A stretch of 64,000 nucleotides of DNA from Octopus vulgaris (lineage: Eukaryota), in the NCBI GenBank assembly GCA_951406725.2, contig OX597830.1, positions 77,562,001 through 77,626,000 on the forward strand. Direction: 5' to 3'. Every line of letters starts with the position of its first letter. Position 1 is the first letter of the stretch. Shown piece after piece: positions 56,518 to 64,000 of this stretch. Both the position numbers and the translations under genes were made by a program. The notes beneath the pieces are model-generated. The model was not told where the DNA came from and made no database searches. It saw only the letters and a program-made list of their open reading frames with translations.

Positions 56518-56915
56518 GCGACAGTTCACGAAAAAAATAAAAGACAAAGACAGGTGGTGTACAAAACAACCAGATGTATTAGTATAACGCTCAGGAAATT
56601 GAAAAAGTCTATTACGTTTCGAGCCTACGCTCTTCTACAGAAAGGGACACTGAAAAAAACAAGGAGAGAACAAAATGTGTGCAGTGGCTACCGATCTATC
56701 ATGGCGACTGCCGGACAGAAGGCTCACACAGGAGAGCGAAGAAGTAGGGGAGATAACAAAGTAAAGATGACCCCTAACACGAAGGTGCGTGTGTGTATAA
56801 GAGAGTACTACGTGCGTGTGAAAGAGGGCTGGTGGTCTTGAGGTGTGCGTGTATGTATGAGTAGGTGTGAAGATGTGGGGATGGGAATTGGTCAGTGCTG
56901 GTGTGTGGGTGGTGT
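56518..56915 (-). mobile_element. PLE-like 3' end / pseudo-LTR inserted in (TA)n
   Basis: Non-coding, pyrimidine-rich on the minus strand, carries the hammerhead-like motif about 90 nt from its end, flanked by TA repeats. Confidence 0.5.
56609..56644 (-). ncRNA. Minimal hammerhead-like motif (A6U variant) in a PLE-like 3' region
   Basis: CUUU-CUGUAGA-A-GAGC(GUAG)GCUC-GAAA-CG-U-A-AUAG; stem III reduced to the palindrome ACGU; stem I has one U.U mismatch. Confidence 0.5.
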
Positions 56916-56917
56916 GT

Positions 56918-56976
<59 letters not shown>

Positions 56977-57002
56977 TAATATGTATATATATGTATATAA
57001 TA

Positions 57003-57057
<55 letters not shown>

Positions 57058-57060
<3 letters not shown>

Positions 57061-57355
57061 AGGCGCAATGGCCCAGTGGTTAGGGCAGCGGACTCGCGGT
57101 CGGAGGATCGCGGTTCCGTTTCCCAGACCGGGTGTTGTATGTGTTTATTGAGCGAAAACACCTAAAAGCTCCACGAGGCTCCGGCAGGGGGTGGTGATCC
57201 CTGCTGTACTCTTTCACCACTCTTTCTCCCACTCTTTCTTCTGTTGGCCTGCTCGCTTAGCCAGCGGGGTGGCGTCGTTCGAAGGCTAAAACAATGCGAA
57301 CGCATTGTGACCAGCAATGTGTAGCAACATCTGATGGTCTGGTCGGTCACGTGAT

Positions 57356-57362
<7 letters not shown>
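57058..57362 (+). mobile_element. SINE with a family C head and a different 3' tail
   Basis: First ~165 nt match family C; remainder unrelated, ending (TCACGTGA)2. Confidence 0.85.
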
Positions 57363-57419
<57 letters not shown>

Positions 57420-59149
57420 AGTTCATGTAACTTGGCAGTCCAAAAGAAGTGACACCGATAGGATAAGTACCAGACTAAACATTTTTAAATCACGAGTACC
57501 AAAGTAAATTTGATCAACAACATATTTCAAGCTGGTGCCCCAGCATGGTCGCAGTGCATTGCTTGAAAGTAAAGCAGTAAAATAGTAAGAGAGTTGCGTA
57601 TGTCAAACTGTGTTGTGCAATACATCCTTAAACAAAAAAATATATTCAAAAATCAACAGTGCATGTTGCAAGGGAATTTGGTTGTTATTTCTAGTAATCA
57701 GGTAGAAATCATGTAGAAGCAGTCAGCCAGGTTCTTGTGTTGGCCATAGTGGTTAGGTGGTTATGCTGTGATTCGGTTTGAGTATGACAGCTGGTGTCCT
57801 TATGCATTTATTAGAAACGATATGCATCACAGCAGTGTTTTGTGGTTAATGCATATACAGTTGCCGCAAAGTTGCTTTGTTCGTTTGTCCGCATTAAACA
57901 AGAAAGATAATTTGTTTTATTTTTTTCTTAAGACGCTGTTGTAAATGGGGTTCTGGGTTTGTTGTGGATTATTTCGGGGGGTTTGATGGAGATTAATGAT
58001 ATAAAGCTGCTTGGACTTTGGATCAAACCTTGCTCCCCACCACAAAACAATCTGCTCCTTATCGCATATCCAAATGATCTTTCGTTTCATAGTTCTTTGT
58101 CTATTATGTTTGAGATCTTTGAGGGTGCAGCCTGTGTTGATGTGAAGTTCAACGTTTTGTATTTTTTTTAATTATTGTTGTTGTCGTTGTTGTTGTTGTT
58201 GATGATTTTATTGTTGTTTAGTGTTAGGTCAGTTTTTAATCAAAAACTTTCCAGCCGTAGCCGCAACGCTTTTGTTTTTTCTTTTTACTTTTCTTTTCAG
58301 AAACAATGCGTCTAGGAATCATACATTGTCCTGTTTGTCCTTCCTTTTTTTTCTGAAAGACGATGGTATTGAAGATCTATTTAGCTGCTATCTTTAGTAG
58401 AACAAGAGAAGGTTCCGACGCTCCGTCACTGATACATTTCTTTCTGGTTTATTATGATTGTTTTTGGAATGATCTCTTCTCGCTCTAGGACACATCACTA
58501 GTGGACGTCGACTCCACAGTATGGTTTTCATTGGAGTTTTCGTGGTTACGATCGGAAACCAGCCGAACAGTTTGCCGGCCCTATGTGCGGATACTTTTGC
58601 GGAACATCACTCTTTTCGTTGGCCGTTGGCTCACAAGGAGCTCGTCCGTCTTTCCGTGTTTTGACAGATGTTGTTTTTAGTCCTGCAGAGCATCCACAGC
58701 AGCCCTCCTCACCTGGAAAGCCGGATGAGGGAGCCAGTTTAGTAGCCGACCAACTGAACCTGAAACAGGGCGTACTGAGTTACAAGATACCAGCAGAAGA
58801 ATTTTCCTGACCTGAGCTATATAGAATGATAGTAAAAGTTTCCCAGCCATAATCGTCCCGTATATTTAAAAGTTTGTACAACCGACCTTATTTGATGTGG
58901 CCTATCCTTGCTTAAGATGGCAGAGTAGCATTTGAGGGACATTTGGCTGTTCTTGCTCTTCATCTGTTTATGTTTTAATCTATCACCATATATATGTCTC
59001 TCTTACTTCCATCTCTTTCTGTCCTCTCTTATTCCTTCTCCATCCATCTCTCCTTCTCTCTCTCTCTCTCTCACACACCTCACTGTTTTTCTCTCACTTT
59101 CTTCATAAACCAACCAGCTTACTTTTAAGCTTTTGTCTGTTTCATTCTT

Positions 59150-59192
<43 letters not shown>

Positions 59193-59615
59193 TTCTCTCT
59201 TTCTCTTACTGCTTTCTGTCTCTTTCTTTCTGTCTCTCCCTCCCTCACTTGGTCACCTTTTCACATTCTCAGACAATTTCTATCTCTATATCTGCCTGTC
59301 TTCTCTTCTATGCCTGCCTTCCCTTCTTTCTCCCTCACTCTCCCTCCATCGTTCTCTCCCTTCTCTCTTTCTGTCACCTTCCTCACTCATTCACCTTAAT
59401 TGTTACACAAAACGTAATACGATACACTCCACCGTAATGACATAACCGCATTGCATAAGAAACAATAGCGGCATAATATGTTGAAACACTCTTACTTAAA
59501 CAGAGTCCTTTCAGAGGACGTTTCCGGAAGTAACCGGAGAACATCGGAAGTGACCGAAAGTACTTCTCTGCAACTTCATACAAAATAATAATAATAATAA
59601 TAATAACACTAATAC

Positions 59616-59667
<52 letters not shown>

Positions 59668-59941
59668 CAACGACTATAATAATTATTTAAGGCGGAGAAA
59701 AAAGCAAGAGAAGAAAAAGTAAAAGGGAGGGAAGGAGAAGAGATAGAGAAAGTGTTGGTCTCCTCCCAAATACAGAAATAGAAACATTATCCACCGGAAG
59801 TTTCCGGAAGCTTGGCTCTGAGGACGGATTGACGGGGAAGGATTTTGTGAAGAAGAAATATACAGTAAAGAAGAGGAGTGAGAAGGGGAGGAAATGAGGC
59901 GGAAACAGTGGAATAGACAGGGAACGATGAAAGAAGATAGG

Positions 59942-59999
<58 letters not shown>

Positions 60000-60022
60000 T
60001 ACACATAGGTACGAAATTATTA

Positions 60023-60058
<36 letters not shown>

Positions 60059-60061
60059 GTG

Positions 60062-60092
<31 letters not shown>

Positions 60093-60114
60093 CAGCAGTA
60101 GTAGTAGTAGTAGC

Positions 60115-60169
<55 letters not shown>

Positions 60170-60310
60170 AGGTGGCGAGCTGGCAGAATCGTTAGCATGC
60201 TGGGCAAAATGCTTAGCGGCGTTTTGTCGTCTTTACGATCTGAGTTCAAATTCCGCTGAAGTGGACTTTACTTTCATCCTTTCGGGATCGATAGATTAGG
60301 TACCAGTGCG
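60170..60310 (+). mobile_element. SINE family B, 3'-truncated
   Basis: Family B head and core. Confidence 0.8.
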
Positions 60311-60416
60311 TTTCTCTGCCCTAGGTGTCAGGAAGACACTTAGTAAGAAATCGAAACGGAATGGAAAGAAGATGATAATGAAAACAACAACAAAAACAAC
60401 AATAATAATAATAATG

Positions 60417-60475
<59 letters not shown>

Positions 60476-60476
<1 letters not shown>

Positions 60477-61020
60477 GTGGCTCTCATGGCTTCTGATCTT
60501 AACTGATTGGAAGTGTTATCATGTACATTGTTTTGTCTTGGTATAAAAGATGGGCTACAGCAAATATTCTGCTCAATACCACAGATTTGCTTGTCAGTTG
60601 TTTGACCTTAACCAGTTGAGCATGTCCCTTAGTGGCTGACGATATGTGCATCTCTGATCACCAGCAGAAGTAGTGGGGGAGCATCATAGCCATGTGTTGA
60701 GAGAGATTCTTTGGGGTTTGAATAATTCACCTCTGGAAACATGGGTGGTTCTTTCAACATCCTTAAACAACCCTTATTCAGGGACCTTTTGAGCGGGATG
60801 GGCTACTCAACCTGAAGAAAATTCTAACTGGGCCCCACCTGCAAGGTCATGTGCTGTTTATCTTGATATGAGATCACCATGTCGCGCACATATGGTTGTG
60901 ATGCATGTGCCTGGTATACCCTTATCAGACGGGTAGTCATGATGGGTATATTGGGCTTCGTATATTTTACCCCAGTGTCACTTTGATGGCATGCACTGCT
61001 CTCTCACTCAATAATAATAA
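60476..61020 (+). mobile_element. (TAA)n-tailed non-coding retroelement (LINE 3' UTR or non-autonomous partner)
   Basis: ~540 nt between TAA tracts; reverse-complement copy at 11523-11970 and fragments at 10570-10675 and 11012-11470. Confidence 0.7.
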
Positions 61021-61030
61021 TAATAATAAT

Positions 61031-61164
61031 AATAGAAATCAGCAAAATGTGGAACCTGAAGACTAAAACAATGCCTGTTGTCATAGGTGTCTTGAGAATG
61101 ATAGCAAAAGGGGCTGATTGCTACCTAACTCAGATACCAGGAAACCCCAAAATGGCAGAAATTT
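61031..61164 (+). mobile_element. R4/Dong-type LINE fragment (restriction-like endonuclease region)
   Basis: IEISKMWNLKTKTMPVVIGVLRMIAKGADCYLTQIPGNPKMAEI directly after (TAA)n. Confidence 0.75.
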
Positions 61165-61470
61165 ATAGGTTTGGTACCCCCACCCCGATAAAATAAGTAC
61201 CTTGTTTTAAAAAAACAAGTACTGTAGTCGATTTGTTTGACTAAAATCTTTTAAGCAATGTCCTTGTATAGCCGCAGTCTATACAAGGTAATAACCTTAT
61301 AATGTGATTTTCAACGCTTTTATCCGGATAACGGCTACCAAATGTTATTATTCGGTAGGACTTCTCCTGTCACGAGATATACAATTGGAAATTTGCAAAT
61401 ATCCTTGAAGCACACAAAAAAACGGGAATACGAGATGGATTGAACTGGCTTTATATATATATATATATAT

Positions 61471-61960
61471 AATTAAAAATGAGGGTGTCCAAGAGACACC
61501 AACATGCCGAAATAGCAGTCGAAATTCTGACTATAAAAACCACGTTAAGTGTTCATATCGTACCATGAGATAAGACAGAGGGACAAAATATACAAGCAAA
61601 AGTTATTGAATAATTCAAGATCTAGGATTTCTAGTTTTGCTTTAAATAAGCTTTACCGTCATCAATTGAATATATCAGGGGTATGACGGTAAAGCTTATT
61701 TAAAGCAAAACCAGAAATCCTGGATCTTGAATTATTCAATAACTTTTGCTTGTATATTTTGTCCCTCTGTCTTATCTCATGGTACGATATGAACACTTAA
61801 CGTGGTTTTTATAGTCAGAATTTCGACTGCTATTTCGGCATGTTGGTGTCTCTTGGACACCCTCATTTTTAATTGTTAAAAATTATTACCTTTGTACGGT
61901 ATTTTTTTCATGCTGGCCACTTGATAATATTGATACTTAAATATCGATATTATCCTCATA
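61471..61960 (+). mobile_element. Fold-back, (TA)n-embedded retroelement remnant (probable PLE pseudo-LTR with inverted copy)
   Basis: 192-bp inverted arms 61471-61662 and 61683-61874 with 2 mismatches seen, a 20-nt loop, an ~85-nt unpaired tail, and TA repeats on both sides. Confidence 0.7.
61613..61671 (-). ncRNA. Type I minimal hammerhead ribozyme candidate, C3U core variant
   Basis: AUUCAA-UUGAUGA-CGGUAAAGCUUAUUUAAAGCAAAACUA-GAAA-UCCUAGAU-C-UUGAAU: 6-bp stem I. The sister copy on + (61683-61732, 5'-truncated) has the better palindromic stem III AUCCUGGAU-C. Confidence 0.62.
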
Positions 61961-61965
61961 TATAA

Positions 61966-62008
<43 letters not shown>

Positions 62009-62104
62009 TGTAACATTCACCAATTAACAGTTGATAATGATGCGTCGAAACAATGTAGTGATTTGTAATAATGCCAGTTCAATCCAGCTCGTATTCTTCT
62101 TCAT

Positions 62105-62220
62105 TTTGCCTTTCATCGTTTCGGAGTTGATAAATTAAGTACCAGTTGAGTATTGGGGTCGATCTAATCGACTGCTCCCCTCCCCCAAAATTTCGGGCCT
62201 TGTGCCTAGAGTAAAAGAGA
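62105..62220 (+). mobile_element. SINE family B, 5'-truncated
   Basis: Family B core and tail. Confidence 0.78.
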
Positions 62221-62276
<56 letters not shown>

Positions 62277-63075
62277 GGAAAATTATATCACTTTTGATAT
62301 TTTCTAGACGGTAGTCTTTCAATTCCAATATACAACTCTATTCACAAGCATCCACAATGCTTTAAATGAATATTAAATTTGGTACTTCATTGGTACTTTT
62401 GGCACTTACTTTTATCAGTGGTAGAACGGTGAAAGGTAAAGTTGAACCCAGCAGTATTTGAACTCAAAAAATAAAATGCCACAACAACCACAAACATTTT
62501 GCCTATCGCTCCAGCGGTCTTGAAAACCCACTCCTTATAGAGTGCGTTGATTAGAGCAAGTTTTAGCAACAATTTTTTTAACAACCTGTGAGTCTCCCCC
62601 GTTGTTTCGCTTCAATTCAGTTTGCTACAGGAACCGACAACCATCCATTAGGATTTGCGTTGCATTTTCTTTTTGCTTTCTGTTTATACAATATCTATGA
62701 ATAAAATTCCGATTTCCTGAGAGAATAGTATATTAGTTTTGTCATCGACCAATTATTTTGTCTATTTAAGTTTTATTTTATGATGCAAATGTAATGCGGT
62801 GCACTGGCTTCTTATTGTAAATGCATGGGCAGCCGACGAGAAATGTTCTTAGTTGTTTGTCCAAATTCAACAGTTACAGTCATGTTTGCGTACAAAATTT
62901 GTAAATTTCGTAAGGGGGCTCATCAGTGGCTTGTTCAGTGATTTGCTGGTTTGGGCTTTGTTGATGATGAGATTTCAAGCTTTGTGCTAACATGTGTGTG
63001 TATACAATTATATGCATGTTTACATACATACACACACACATACATACATACATACATACATACATAAATACATAC

Positions 63076-63142
<67 letters not shown>

Positions 63143-63167
63143 TTATTTGTAAAGGCGAAGATCGGTG

Positions 63168-63229
<62 letters not shown>

Positions 63230-64000
63230 CAGACAGGTAAATAGACAAGCAGAGAGATGGAGAGACAGACACCCAGCATATGTAGAGGTTAGAGATAACA
63301 GAAACACAATATTTCAGTATAAATTCTGAGATGTCACACAGAACACATCTCACACACAGCTCGTAGAAAACCTTCCCCCTAACACCCCCCCCACACACAC
63401 ATACGAGCGCATATATGCCACATACATATAAAATACTCCACCACCAAAATCATCTTCATCACCAACCCAACCAAAAAAAAAAAAAAACAGCAACAACAAC
63501 AGAAACAAACAGCAAACATAAATGTAGACACACCTCACAGACACACATATACACACATTTTTGACTATGAGACAAGATGCTCGTCAAGCACTCAATTGTA
63601 AGCAAATATAAAATTAAACGTGGGTTAAGGAAACGAAACGTAAACGAAACGAAATCAAACACATTCCTAACGATTCATTGAACTATTATTCTAAATAACA
63701 TCTTCTCATACTGATGAGAACCTAATATGTTAAAATATTCCTCCAAGGAACAATTTCTTAAATGAAACTCGCCATTCATTTCATCAATCTTCTTTTAGTC
63801 GACAAATCATTCGGAAACACACAATCTGTTATTCAGGTAAACCTAACATCCGCAATAACCGTCATTCCATTATTCAGAAACTTCGTTATACCACATCCGT
63901 TTTATCTTGTCAATATTAGAGCTATCACTCTGTCTTTCTGTCTGTCTGTCTGTCTTTCGGTCTCTTGTGATTGTGCTTGTATGTTTGTGTTTGTTTGTAT

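Noticed and set aside
62895-62932. CTGATGA..GAAA on the minus strand
   Set aside because: Stem II and stem I do not pair.

Overview
AT-rich, repeat-saturated eukaryotic DNA; the SINE families and microsatellite load suggest an octopod cephalopod (inference). No intact protein-coding gene is evident, and most ORFs in the track are microsatellite artefacts. The one clear host gene is an intact tRNA-Gln(CTG) at 46907-46978 (-). The rest is layered mobile DNA: about 30 tRNA-derived SINE copies of five families, two decayed mariner transposons, RTE, CR1 and R4/Dong-type LINE fragments, Helitron-type elements and a Penelope-like element (PLE) with a GIY-YIG remnant. The most interesting signal is a set of (TA)n-embedded, apparently PLE-derived elements carrying minimal type I hammerhead ribozyme folds with non-canonical cores (4817-4876, 61613-61671, 56609-56644). 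Two of these sit at the turn of near-perfect 170-190 bp fold-back inverted repeats and share a 3' tail motif. Also notable: a ~1.4 kb inverted duplication with identical islands (39.7-45.3 kb), a ~34-nt minisatellite with a 101-nt higher-order repeat, and a speculative decayed Cys-loop receptor-like locus. All alignments and folds were done by eye; repeat boundaries are approximate.
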